Assembly: GCA_965113315.1 (NCBI GenBank)
Contig: OZ220368.1
Length of the DNA: 64,000 bases
Strand: one strand, 5' to 3'
DNA from: Podarcis vaucheri
Taxonomy: Eukaryota
Shown here: positions 19,307 to 63,353 of the stretch, one piece after another
How positions within the stretch are numbered: position 1 is the first letter of the stretch
How the letters are laid out: each line of letters begins with the position of its first letter
The notes under the pieces: generated by a model
The model's input: only the letters and a program-made list of their open reading frames with translations
Databases searched by the model: none
Told to the model about the DNA's origin: nothing
Position numbers and translations under genes: made by a program

Positions 19307-22300
19307 ACTATTCCCTCTGCATGTTGTTGCAGAGCTAGCAAAATGATGCAATGGGGGTGTCCGAATTAAAAAGAACCACAATGATTCTCTGCCATGGGGG
19401 GGGGGAGTGCCCTGCATTTGAGGACACTGTTCTGGGGGTGCATCACCAGCCTCACATCTTATCCCCATGTTCCCCAAGTACAGCCCATGAGGATAGGAAA
19501 AGTCTAGGGTGACACATATACCCTGGTTTCCTGTTTTAGGCTCTCCATTTATACGGTAAGACTGCTAAGAGCACAGCGGTTGTGTTTGTGTGTGTGTGTG
19601 ATGCTTCATACAACATGCTGGCTGCAGTTGATGGGAGTTGTAGTCCAAAATATGTGGAGGTCAACAGGTTGGTGCAGTCTGATGTTTGTGAGCTGAGCCC
19701 AGCATGTCTGTGTTCAGTTGAGCTTTAAGTTAGGAAGCAAAGGAGGCAGCAAATTTAGCTAAATTTCCCCATACTATATGTTTTGCTTTTTGGAGGATAT
19801 ATTTTGCTGTGGTGTCTGTTTCCAGCATAACTGTGTGATGAAATGAATTTATTTGAAATATCTGTGGATCCTACATAACTGCCTGCATCTTGGCAATACC
19901 TGTGTACTCTGTAGTATGGCAATGAAAAGGGCATGTTGGATGTTTTAATTCACCAATAAGAGAGGCTGAATAGGAGGCAGTTCTTCGGATTGTTTATTAG
20001 AGAGCTATTATGAGCCATTGTCTGTCAACCTTAGCATCCATCTGAAATGCAGAGCTCATGATACACAATGGTTATAATTCCCACTCCATTCTACTATGTG
20101 GGCATATAAATGGCAGATAGCATTACATCATTATAAGTTACTTGGCTGCAGCTTTTTCTATCCACCTGCAATATGGGGATATACGGTAGACATTGCAGGG
20201 TTGTAGTAAGCCACATTTTCAATATTTGCCTCCCAGCTCCCATCACATGTACATAATATATCACAACCTCCCCTTTCCTTGTCCATCAGCTATACAGGGT
20301 CTATAGTACTGAACAGTTTGTTTTTAGAAACAATTTTAGAAATGCTTTTTCACATATAAGAAGGCCAGTGTTTGGAAAGGTTAGAAATTGTTTCTTTGTG
20401 TCTATAGTCGGTTTTTTTTGTTTTTTGTTTTTGCAACAAAAAAGTCTTTACTTTCTCCATGAGCGACTGTCATGTTAGCACTCTAATGAGAGAGAGAGTT
20501 GCATTGTCAAAAATTACCAGCAAATCTGGTCTGCAGACAAAGGAGCTGTCAGCGTAGTGCTTCTTCTGCCTGCACTTTCCCCCAGAGAAGTTAATGGCTG
20601 CTAAATGGCTTCTACAAAGCAGAAGCATGCCTGGAATTCTCCTAAAGACAGGAAGGTGCAACATACTGGAAGCACTGCACAAGTAACAGACAGAAACCAG
20701 AATAACAGGTGGTTATTATTATTTTAAATCAACTGTATTTAGGCATTTTCTTGTTTTTCAAAAAGCTAAACTAAAAGAACCATCACTTCCTTCCCTGTCA
20801 CACTTGCTGCTTATTTTCCTTCCTCCAAACACTATGAGGGAAAATATGAGGGGGTGGGCAGAGAAAATAGTTGGAGTATGGCAGGTGTCATCAACCTCTC
20901 CGGACCAGGGACATATTTTGAATTTTGAGGGCAGGCTGTGGGTGCCAGTCACAAAATGGCTGCCATGGAGGTGTGGCATAACACAAAATGGCTGCCATGG
21001 GACAACAGAATAATAGAAGGACTGGACCAGGGGGACTTTAAGCCTGTTTCTTCAGATCAGGGGCACCGAGCCAGTGATGATACCCCAAAACAGCCTTTTG
21101 TGTCATTGCTTCCAGAGTCATGCTAAAGGTTGAGGAGACTCAACACTCATTCGGTATGGTCCAAGTCAATGAGATGAATGTACATTAGGATCACAAACCA
21201 CCCGAAACAACATTTAAGGGCACTACCCAAAACACAGCATTTTGGTGGGGAATCCTGAAGTGATCCAAAAAGGGGATAGAATTTACACGGAAAAGAGGGC
21301 ATCGCACCTGTCACTTTTAGTCTGGTGGATGACAGTCCCTCTATTCTTTAATTCTCACAATATTTCTGCCATGGGAGACATGCCGCAACACAAAATTAGG
21401 GAGGGTGCAATCACGGTATTTCATTTACTATTTTAGAACACACCAAAGCAGCAGCAATGGAACACAGTTGTTGTTTTTTTAAGAGAAATTCAACAAGTGC
21501 AGGAGACAGTTGTATTAGAACGTGAGCTACCATTTACTGAATTTACTATCTTCACCTGTGTCAAAAAGGGTAATGAGCAACTGATTCTTAAAAGCCTACT
21601 GAAGGATTTCATAATAGCAACCTGTGTTTGTTATTCTGAATATATTCCCATAAAGAAATTCAGGGAATAGGATAAAATATCTAAGCAGAAACTGGCTGCT
21701 TCTTTCCTTTGATGGGGGGTTCCTACTTCAGGGTATCAGTTTAAATGGAAACATATCTTGCAAGATGGTTTGCATTCCTAATAAAAGATCTTTGGTTAAA
21801 GCTCACTATATTTTACAAATTGACCTGATAAGAAGTAATCATCTGAGTTCAATAGGGTTGCTCCCAGGTAAACTATGCAAAGGATTATGAGCCTAATCAA
21901 TAGAACATTATGTGGTGTTTGTGTGTGTGTATGTCTATAGATAATGGATTAACACAGTTGCTTGCATTTTTTGTGGGATAACCAACCTCATATAACCAGC
22001 ATTCTTAACTCAAATTAATGCATGAAGGGTTTAATACCATAGAGTAAGCTGTCCTGCCAGGCTTAGCTCACCTTGGGAGGAACTAGTAATCAAGCCTTGA
22101 TTCCCCTTCCAGTCTACTTAAGAAGCTCAGCTTGTGAGGAGGCTAAGATGATTGCTCCAGCTTAGTCACATTGCTCTCACAAGCCATTCTTGAGTTCTTG
22201 TAGCAATAATTTAAGAACTTTCTCCATTTTGACCAAGCCAATTTTTGCTGCCTGTACAACTTTTCTGACTGATGTACAGTATGAAAAAATACATGGACCT

Positions 22301-23009
22301 AACCTTTGAAGAATTTGTAAGTAAACCAATTTTTTATTTACCAAACGTGGTTTTTTCCTATGCTGAGGGAAGTGGGAAGTTTTAGAACTTACAAGGGTAT
22401 ATTTTAAAGGTCTAACAGCCTATATCTCCATGCTTTACTTTGCTGCATTTTTTGTGATTTTAAATCTCTGCTGGGGTTCTCTCACCAAAGAGTACTTGCT
22501 CCAAACTTGGATCTTGGCATCCTTTAATTCCGCCTCCCCCCCCCCCTTTTGCACCAACATTTTGGACACTCCTTTAGGATATTGCTGTGGGGACTGTCCT
22601 GATGATCTCCTGTACTTCATTTTTTTCCAGTACACCACTAGAGTCCTGTAAAGAATATTGTAAAATGGAACAAGGTCTGATTAACTTGTCCCAGCATGTC
22701 AGCCAGAAGGTGGCAGTAGAAGGGAAGCTTTGAGAAAAGTGAATCTGGCGCATCAAAGCTTAGAAATGAATTAAAACGAGGCTTCTCAGGAGCCACCTGT
22801 CCAGCCCATAAATCCTGGATCCGGCTTTATTTTCATTCTGCTGGTCTGCATGCATACTACACTTGTGTTATGCTTGTGGTATAGAAATGGAACAATGTTT
22901 GGACAGTGGTAGCTTGTGTTCATTGGGGCTGGTGGGGCAGAAGGCAGGAAGGACCAACATTAGATGGAACCAGAGCCAATGACAACAGAGCTGCCTTCTG
23001 GCTGGTTGC

Positions 23010-23435
23010 CAGGGACGCGGACTTATAAAAAATATTGGGGGGGCCCGGGAAAGCTCGTGAAATGTAAATGAGCTCATGAATATGCAAATAAGCTCATGAA
23101 TATGCAAATAAAGTGGCGCCGCCCCCTCGCGAGCGAATAGGGGAGAGCGTGCTGCTGCCTATTAATCAGCTCCGGAACAGCTGATATGCGGGAAACCTGG
23201 GGCTAGAGGCAGAAGCCCCCGCCCCCCGGGGATTCCCCTGTTCTTGCGGGGGACGGCCGGGGCTCTCCAGCTAGGGCGCGCGGCTGGCTGGCTGGCTGGC
23301 TGGGGAGAGAGCAGGTGGGGAGGAGGCGGGGGACGGCGGCAAGGGCGCCCGAGATTATTGGGGGGGCTGAGCCCCCCCAAAAAAATTTTTGAGGGGGCTC
23401 AAGCCCCCTCAAGCCCCATGGAGTCGGCGCCTATG
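23010..23435. mobile_element. Non-autonomous hAT-type MITE, family A copy 2 (lacks an internal segment present in copy 1)
   Basis: Same ends; perfect 8-bp TSD CTGGTTGC (23002-23009, 23436-23443). Confidence 0.9.
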
Positions 23436-24128
23436 CTGGTTGCAAGTAAGAAGGCGGGCAGGTGGGGCCTGGCTGATGGCAGACTGAGGTTGGCTGGAGC
23501 AGTGCCCCATATGGCCTAAATGGACCAGTGTCTGCTGCGTTTGGGTGACAGCTTTGGAAAGGATGTAGTAGGCTTAAGAATGCCATGCTACCATAGCAAA
23601 TGTGTGTTCATAAATTTATTGATAGCATGATCACTATATTGATTACATGATGATTCTAACAATATAAATTGCAAATAAAAATGATCAGATCATGCTGTAA
23701 ACAGGGTGGAATTACTGGATCTGTGATGGACACTACTTTTATCCCTAGCAATGAGGTGCTGCTTGAATATTAAGACGCCGATTCTATGCAAACTACAACA
23801 GGGAGTAAAGAAACTGCATAAAAAATGCCAAATAAGCCACGCAGGCTGTTGATTCGTGGTTTAACTGCACATTGTCCCTGAGACATGGAGCTGGCATTGC
23901 ACCTCCCCACTGGACAAGGAGATTCCTCAGCCACATTGGAAGCCTTTGGGCCTCTTCAAGTGTCCTTTTTATTGTGCGTTCAGAAGAATTTGTGCTTATG
24001 GTGGTATCGGGACAGTTGCGTCATTCCAATACCATTCATGCTTGCCAAAGTTTTGGGAGTAAACAAACAGCTAGGTTTCCAATCAGTGCATAGCTTCTTG
24101 CTGAAGTCATGTAACTTTTCATCCCATG

Positions 24129-24130
<2 letters not shown>

Positions 24131-24163
<33 letters not shown>
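24131..24163. repeat. (GT)n microsatellite; others at 25011-25044 and 59561-59593
   Basis: Directly visible. Confidence 0.95.
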
Positions 24164-24165
<2 letters not shown>

Positions 24166-25008
24166 CCACCTTCGTTGTGCTGTAGCTCAAGTGCGGCCCC
24201 CTCCAGATGGCTATAATTAGGTAACAAGTCAGTAACACTGAGGAAGCATTGCAGAATGAAGCAGAATGAAATTTGGACAGTCCAGTATGAATCCACCTCT
24301 AATACACTGTTAACTGCATCAACGACATGTTATAGAATACACCCACGAAAACACAGCACAACACCAGTTTTGTGGTTTCCCTTTGTTTTTAATCCGAGGA
24401 TGAGCTGTGGGCTTGGGTAAACTGCACACTACAGGCAGTCTCAGTCTGGCAGGTCAGTGGAATAATCGCTTGGCCACTTGGCATTGCACACTGACCTTTC
24501 CTGCCTATCACATATAGAACAGATTGTTTGATCATGTGAACTGTCTCCAAGGCGTTCATTCAAGAGTTTAACCTTAACAAAAACTGTTGTGCCCCAAACT
24601 AAACTACTGGACAGTTTTCTTTTCTGCTTAGCGAGAGGCCACCAAGCTGGGGTTCAGTCGCCTCTGCTTCTTATTGGAAAGAAGGCGATTGACAGCAGCA
24701 GCCCACTGGGACTTTGAGAAAGGAAACACAAACTCGTGCGGCAGGAACACCTCCTTTGTAGCCATCGCACATGCCTGCCATCTGAATCGGCTTGAACCTG
24801 GTTGTCATGGTTTTCACTAGGCAAAGCAAGAGAGCACCATGAGGATTTGGCCCAGCATACACAGTGTATACCCAACTCTGTCTTGGGATATGTAAAGCAA
24901 GCACAGTACTTAAGGGCTTTAGTGGGATTTGCAGAGGTATGTCTCAGGTCTCCTGTATCTACAGTGGGATGAGTTCAATTGTTATGAGATCCTGAACTTC
25001 TTGCATTT

Positions 25009-25047
<39 letters not shown>

Positions 25048-26085
25048 GCTAATGCTGTAATTTTAACAGAAGCTTTTCAGAGAAATATATTCTCTTAATC
25101 TAGTAAGGTCAGGAAAGCTTAGAAGTGATAATGTCAGTATTATTTCAAACCTGTTAATTTCAAACCAGCAGGCATAGTCTTTCTTTCTTCCTCCCTGGTG
25201 GTGGGAGTGGTGTCTAATGTGATCCAGCATTTGTATGTGCAGATCTGAAGAGGGAGGACCCATCTTTACGTAATCTCAGAACAGCTGCCTTCACACACAT
25301 GGCATTAATATAACTAATTCTTGGAGGGAAGGTTCCCCCCACCCCCCAGCACATATCAAGTAGATGTACTTTGGCCTCAAAATATTGCCCAGATGGATTT
25401 TTCATAGGAGCACAACCTCAGAGAACTTCAGTAAAATTATTTCTGAGCTAGAGAGATCATCACCAGTGTCTTTCCCCCCCTCTTGGTAGACAACCTATAG
25501 CTATTACAGAAACTTAGCCTGTTACTCCACGATGGTGATCTTTGATTACCAGGAGGTAAATCCTTCAAGGAACACAGAACCATTTTTTTAAAGAAGAATA
25601 ATTATTTTTTAAGGCAGTGCCAGATTATCAGAAGAAAAACAAGGCCAGGAAGGTGTGTTAGAAAAGCAATTCTTCAAGAAAGTACCAGCTTGTTTAAAAG
25701 AAACACCTGCAAGACAGCGAAACATCATTAGAAGGAATCTCCTCCAAGACAGTAGCATGGTATCACAAGTGACTTGTCCAAGGCAATAATTATTAAAGTG
25801 AGAAAAATCACAAGTTATTAAGAGAATCCCTTCAAGGCAACAGTGGATTATTGGAAGGAAACTTCTTCAGAGCTGTTCTGGATTTTTAAAAGGAGAAAAA
25901 GAATACCACTTACTGAATTAAGATCCCTTCGTCCTGATTTCTGTTTTCGGGGGGCCAAGGCTTCTGGCTGGAGTTTAAACATTCTGAATTGCCTCTTCAC
26001 CTTCATTTACTCTCTCATCCTGTTTTTGGAAGGAAACTGCAATTGTATAGGTGAAGCTGCCAAGGAGCTGGCACACTTAAAGAAC

Positions 26086-35882
<9,797 letters not shown>

Positions 35883-38131
35883 TCCAGCAAAGTTTCGAGT
35901 TTTTCCATTTAATTCAGAGACCAGTAACGTTTCTCTGGGCTCATTGGCCAACTGGAGAGCTCCAGAATACCTTTGACACAGCAGAGACTCACATTGGGCA
36001 AGGCTCTTCTTGCTTTGCAGTTTTTCCTGCCCAAAGTCAGATCACCAGCAGTGGTATGCTCCAGAATCGGGTTGACTTCCTTTGTTTTGCAGCTGGATTG
36101 GCAGTTTAGCGCATGGACTAGATGTTCAGGTCCAAGTGTGTTTGTTCTTGGTTCTCAGCACAACAGGAAGTTCAACGTGGCAAGCACCTAGGCTGATATC
36201 ACCAGATCAACTAATATGTTTAAACTCTGCTACTTCCGCCAATGTGTACACACAGAAAAGGAACCAATTCATAGTCCCTGAAGCAACTTCTACAACAAAT
36301 AGTATCCTCAGCTTCTTGCCATCTGGACAGTGCTGCTGCATGAACAGCTTGGAAATGCCATCCCATTTGGCTGAGACAACTTTCAAACTAGCAGAAAAGA
36401 TACATGACAAATGAATGAAGTTGAACTAAACTCATTCTCAGACTGTGGATGTGGACGTTTTGAGGACATGGCTGGAGCATCACCAATGGGTTTGTACATT
36501 ACAAAAGTCAGTAGCTTTAGACATTTATTTAAAATGTCCCATTTTAGCTGATAGTTAAGGTTTAGAAGAAAATAAACAATTTTTTATTCTCTATCACAAG
36601 TTGTGCTCAATTCACTTTCACACTGATTGGTTTACCTGTTTTTATCTTCTTTCTGGACCTTAAAGTACTAGGAACTTGATTTATTTTAAATTAATCCCAA
36701 GGTACTGAATTCTGTATTTGACCTCAGCTTTCACGCTTGCATAATGTGAATGCAGAAGCATGACATACATGTGCAGCAAAGCAAGAAAACCCTAGAAGCA
36801 GGCTGACTTTGGCAGATATCAGTGGTTCTTGGGGGACACAACTGCTACCCATACAGTGTGATCTCATGTACAAGAAAGAGATCCACTGCAGTTCTCAGCT
36901 CTGCTGCTGAAGCATGTAAACCAATCCTTAACCGGAGTTAACAGCCTCACTGATATACCACCCATGTTATGGGCAGCTTCAGAACCCAGGAATATATGTT
37001 ATGTGCTTAACAGTGTCAGCGCTAAACCCTGTGGAGCATGAAATGAGAATTTGTTAACATGCACATATATAATTATAAAATGGAGGCATGCCACCATAGC
37101 CTCCAATAGCACCTGACCAGTTTGTGCCCAATAAACGCAAACTCAGGAGCTTTTAAATTTTTAAATATTCTTTTATTGAGAGAAATGTCAATAAAGTCCC
37201 ACAGCTCTGTCAAAAAGATTCAAAACCAGAACTGGCAAACTTTACTACAAAAGAGTAAGAGAAAATACCCACCTAGTAAAACAGAAAATGAGGTACTTAG
37301 TTTATGGATCAAAGAATAGATTATTCATCCCCCTTCATTCCAAGTACCAGAAGGGCAAGTTTGAATGATTTTTTACATGAGAAGGACAGCACCGCCAGGG
37401 CAAAATAATTTAATCTCCCTCAGGCTCAGACTGATGATAAAAAAACTTCCAACATTCAAGAAAGACACATTGATACTAAATAATGGTTAAAGAAAAGCTA
37501 ACATGTGACATGATTTAATATTGTGCTGATTTTGTGCAGTGTGCACTGTAGGTAGTTAAGAATGCCCTCCACCTATTCAAAAATTAGTTTGTAGATTCTT
37601 CCAATGAAGAACAATTGTTGCAATGAATTTGTTCTGAATTCTTGTGAAATTCATTAAAAAACACTTTAAAAACATTTCACCTCTATATGAAAAGTCATTT
37701 TTTAAGCTACTGATTTTCAATTGAAAGCTGTTCCCCCACCTAGAGTGTTCTGGACACAGAAAGAAACAGTCCATTTTCAAGTTTTTCTTGACATCACATT
37801 TCTCTGCCAATCAAATATATACAAGGCTTCAACAGAAGCCAACACAGGTGCAATTAAGGATATGTAAAACCCAGGACGGATCAGAACAAGTTGCTTCCTG
37901 AAGTGCAAACATGATTGCTAAGTTACTGATCATTAAATCCTACTGCATAAAAATCTTCATTCTGATCATAAGCCAATAAAAGTGACTTCCCTCCACAAGT
38001 GAGGGCTGTGCAATTTGTGCATTTGAATAAAACCTGTTTCTTTCCTCTCCTTTTATCCCATACATTGAGCCGTCATTTCAATATTTACAACAATGCTCAT
38101 TGTCAGACAAAGATGACTGGTTTCTGTACAA

Positions 38132-58344
<20,213 letters not shown>

Positions 58345-59558
58345 CTAGGGATAGGGGAGAAAAGATAAATAAGATGAGAAACATTAAAATGCAATTGGTA
58401 GAAAGCATCCTGTGGTTCTGATATGCAGGAGTTCTACCTGACTGGTGGGCCCTGCTCGACAATACTGCTGTCATGGTCCATTTGTTAAGATAGCTTTCTG
58501 CTCAAATCACTCCCACCGGGTGTCTAGAAGCAACATAGTCAGATTAATTCCTGAGGCCTGTAAGTTAGGTCACCCGGACAGTTCATGGAACGGCTGAGAG
58601 GAAGCACTGGATAGGCCTAGAGATTTATGGGATGGAAATTATTTTTCCCCCTCCCCACCAGGTCCCAAGTGGAAGACTTTGCAGGCCCAGGCCTCGTGTA
58701 GTTTTCTGGTTCATCAGAAAAGGGCACATAGATAAGATTTCACCCATGGCTAAACACACATTTAAATCATATCTACCTCTCTATAAAGGAAGCGGGATGT
58801 GTCATCCCTCAAAAAGTTATCTGCCTGGGTTCAGAGACGCTCGGCTTTAATATAAGCTCTCAAGCGCAATGGCAAGTCTCTCTCCCCTTTCAGTTCCTCA
58901 GTAAAAAATAAAATAAAATCCCCCAATGGTGAGAACAGAATTGACAGGGGAAAGGTTAGGCAGGATGGTCACAGCCTGATTTAAACACTTCATTTCAACA
59001 CAGGACTTTCCTTAAGCTTCTCCTTCAGATCAGCCCAGATATGAGATGTAGGAGTTCGTTAAGCATATGGATAGGGAAGGATGCCACCACCACCCTCGTG
59101 CTACAAGCCAAGTGAATCTGCTTGGCACGAAGCCAGGCTCAAGTGCTCCCACGTGGTGTTTTGTCTAGGGGTGCTTCCAGACAGCTGTTCCTTGTGGAAT
59201 CTGTGCTCCTCGTGCATGCACATTTCTGCCAATATCACTGACATTAAAAACCCAGCCCACAATTTCTCCCATTTAAATCTGTCGCAGGCAACCCACTTAC
59301 AATATCCCACTGACCCATTTAGAAAACTGAGCCCCCGTCTGGAAGCACCTTATGAGTAGAGACAGCCTCTTTAAGGACACATCCTCTTACTGCCACCCAG
59401 TGCAATTGTTGATGAAACTCAAAGTGATGTTTTTCAAGTAGTATCAAACAGCGGGGTAAAAACTGAATTAATAATATTTAGAATCACACGCCATTAGCTG
59501 GAGAGTAACTCTCGCAGTTTAAGTGCTATATTCTGAAATGGAAGTTGTCTCAGGTTGC

Positions 59559-59596
<38 letters not shown>

Positions 59597-62439
59597 ACAC
59601 ACGTGGAAACAATGGATTTCAAAAGGGAACTGCCTTCATACTGGCCTTAAAACACCCAAAAGGTATACTATTACAATAAACACAGATCCCAAGCACAGAT
59701 TCACCCACTAACCTAGTTTCTTTCACACAAACCCTTCCTTTCATTGACTAAACTCTCAGAAATTATATGCAGACAAGTAATTATTTTGCAATAAAGGCAT
59801 TTGACATGCAAAAGGCACGCAAGTAAGATCAAGAACTAAATTAAATGTCTCTGTAAGAATATTGAAGATTTTGCCCCATTTCAAAGGGATGTGTTACTTA
59901 AATCAGGGAGTGAACAATTTACTAATGTTATTCCAAAACAGTTTGCTTCAAAGCACATTTTTTTAAAAAACCACAGAAGATTTAGAGAGGATCAGCTTCC
60001 TTCTTCTTAGAGTTGTTGGTAGTTTGTTGACTATTCTGAACTGGAAAGAACAGTAAAGAAACTAAGCCAGAAAGGTGAAAGCAACAAAACTATTCAGCTC
60101 TTTGACAGGCTATGCCAGAGGCAACCAATGTTTCTGGACTACAGCTCCCATTATCCTTAGCTACTGGCCATACTGGCTAGGGTTGATGGGTGATGTAGTC
60201 CAACAGCATCTGAAGGTAACCACATTCTGAACTGCAAACCCCAGAGGTAGCCAAAAAACATGCACTGGCTCAGTTTTACTAAATGCTATGCGTGCATATT
60301 GATTCTTGTGTGAATTATAAAATGATATCTGATCTGAATGATGGACTAAAGAAAGAATTTGCCCCACCTGGTATAGCATGACTTCTCTCATGAAGCACAA
60401 TCCGATGCATGCTTCTGCAGAAATAATAAAGTCCCACTGTAGGACTTATACCGCAAGACCCAGGAAAATGCAGAAAGGATTTCAGCAATGCTTTGGGGTA
60501 TAGCTTCTACCAAAAAAATTAGCACATGTAGATGTATGTATGTGTGTGTTTAAAACAATGGTTTGCATAATGTATAAAGAAAATACATAATGAAAAAAAT
60601 AATAGTTGGGGGAAGCTATTTTTAGAGTCCCTGTGCATGACCAGAGTATTGCTAATATCTCTGGCTGACACTGCAGGACTGGGTTACATTTGCCGTCAGT
60701 TGACATTCAGGAAATGCATTCATATGACATTAAGTAGAAAACATTGCTCATCAGAAGCACAACTCCCAGAGAGTTGTGTGGATTTCAGATTTTCCGGATG
60801 ATTTGGTCAGATGAAGCTTTTTTGAACTCCTACTTTGCACTTAGGGGTCTAATTGCAGTTAATACATAACAGTTTGAATCCCTGCCTTTTTGAAAATCTT
60901 TCTTCATTCTGGTAACTAACAGGCGCCGACACTACTCACTCTTCCCCTTTAATACTCCTGATCTGGATTTGGGACATAGAAGTAAAGAGCTATTAGGGGC
61001 TGAAGTCCCTCCTTCGTCCCACAAAACACAACCTACTCCCTTTCCATCCACTCATAGAGTACTATGAAGAAAATTAAATTGCTCCCATAAAACGAGCCCT
61101 TCATCTGGCAACTGCATCTTTTCTAGAAGCCAGAACAGCAGATGGACAAAGCATCCCTTCATTTTTCACACAACAATTTTATAGTCCCATGTGCACCCTG
61201 TGAAGAGTTACAGTTTGTTTTAGAGCCGGAAAGATGGAAAGAACATCTGCAAGCTGCAGAAAGTGAATATTACACTTTTTGAGAACCGCCTCTGTGCACA
61301 GGAAAAGCAGGCTAGTAGGTGCATTCTGAATACCGTGTCAGTTAGGTTAATTAACACCAGTATCTCAGGACATCAGTGGGTTAGGAGATCAGCAATCTAG
61401 TCTATTGCTGTAAACATTTGTACTGCAAAGGCTCATACCAGGCTTCGTCCTTCCCACATAGGCACCAAGGAGACTTTACATGCAGCTGTCTAATACAAAA
61501 GGATAAGGAGGGAAACAAAGCAAAGTGGAGCTGAAAAAGAAAGAAGTCGCCTCTCGCAATATAAAATATACATTTGCATAAACTCTGTGGGACCTAAGGG
61601 GTGTGTTTCATTATAGGACCTTAATTGTCCAACCCACCAGGTCAACATAACTGAGTGGCACTGGAACATTCTTATAGATGCTTTGCAGCTTTGGGAGAAC
61701 AGGGAGAAGGACAGGCTTAAACGTGGACAGACAAAAGGCCAGCAGGCACTGCCCATATTTTCTATTCATATCAGAAGGGGAAAGTTCAGTCTACTGGACA
61801 GTGTCTGACATGAACCCAGATCAGAGTCCAAACCCCACAATTCATTAGCCTTGGTCTAGTCTCCATCTAGCCCACCTTACAAGTCTGTTGTGTCAATTAA
61901 AAGGTGCTGAATAACCTGTGCTGATTCTTGCTCCCTCCCCCCATGTTTTTAAAGTGAACATTATTGGGCTTCTGATCTTGAGACAAAACACTGATCCAAG
62001 AGTTCTTGCATTGACACACCTTGCTTGTACCCAAGAACCCAACCCAAGTTAGTGGGCTACTGGTCTTAATTTAGCCCTCATTTTTAGCACCATTCAAGCT
62101 GCTCTCAGGTGTGAGGACAATTTTGGCTCATATTTCTCTGCTTATTTCCAATCTGCGTATGTTGTTTGCATGCTGGCATTGATCTGGGAATATGTGGCTT
62201 ACGGGAAGTCTTGCACCTTTAATTTGTCTTTATTTGCTTCCCTGGAGCGTAATAAGCATGGATACGAGTTCTACCACTGCTCAAGTACTAAAGTACTGTT
62301 TAGAAGTTCCAGTGTTTTATATATAGTACACTCTAACCATGGTCATTATCACTTAATAGAGCACTCACAAAACATAACTTACTGTCTTCCACAGCATATG
62401 CAGCCATGCACTTTGGCTCAGAAACATCTCCCTTTGACT

Positions 62440-63150
62440 ATCTTTTCAAGGTTTGGGGTGGTCTTTGATCCAGGCTTCCATGTCTTGAAACACCTGCCTG
62501 CAGCTGCAGCTGCAACACTAGCTGCAGCCTCTCCTTGACAGAGATAGCCTGGTCATAATTACTTACTCTTTAGTAATATCCCATTTGGACTACTGTAATT
62601 TTTGCTATATAGGGCTGGCCTTGAAGACAGGAAACTTCTCTTGGTTCAACCCATAGCAGTTAGAGGACTGACTAGGCAGATAGAATGCCCTTTTTTTTTA
62701 AAAAAAAGGGACTGGCTCCTTGTCCCTCTCTAATCCCAAACCACTATGCTAGTTTTAACCTTTTAAAACCATGGTCTGTTTGGGTCCATGACTGCCTGTT
62801 CCTTCATGGACCTGTCCAAACATTAAGAGCATCCACAGAGGTCCATCTCTGGGTTCTCCCCCTTTGAAGGAGAGGGAAGTGGTGGCTGGAGGTAGTAGCA
62901 TTTCAGCTCCAACTCTGGAATGCCCTCTTCATTACAGAGAACCTCTCCTGGCACCAAATCTGATGTCCATTCAGTGCCAGGTAGAGACCTTTTTATATGC
63001 CATGGGGTTCTTTAAAAAAAAGTTTCCTTGTTTTAACTATTGCTGCTCTGCTGCACTTTTACTGCGACTTGTATTTTTACCGTTTCATTTGTAAACCACT
63101 CAGAGATCCTTTGGGCCTGAAGTGGCAGAGTAGAAATATCTGAGATAAAT
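62440..63150 (+). mobile_element. Degenerate L2 LINE 3' end
   Basis: Remnant peptides GVVFDP and LDYCN..YIGL, then typical L2 3' region; other probable L2 ends at ~42050-42270 and ~57750-57980. Confidence 0.6.
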
Positions 63151-63217
63151 AAAGGATCTCCAAAGCATAGCTCTAGAAATTTGTAAAGGCTGACAGTGCA
63201 CCTGGGTTCCCCTAAAA

Positions 63218-63353
63218 CAGAGTTTCCCAAACTTAGGTCTCCACTTGTTTTTGGACTACAATTCCCATCATCCCTGACTATTGATCCTGCTAGCTAGGGA
63301 TGATGGGAGCTGTGGTGCAAAAAGAGCTGGAGACCAAAGTTTGGGGAAACCTG
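63218..63353. mobile_element. Hairpin hAT MITE (GGACTACAA-TCCCA family); older relatives at approx. 4770, 9165, 10185, 16395, 19615, 30010, 35641, 46043, 60120, 63618
   Basis: Self-complementary ~135 bp; TSD CCCTAAAA/TCCTAAAA. Confidence 0.75.

Noticed and set aside
18853-19477. Repetitive ORFs on both strands and a superficially CRISPR-like array
   Set aside because: Contiguous 60-bp tandem units without unique spacers, inside a hAT MITE in a vertebrate genome; no cas genes
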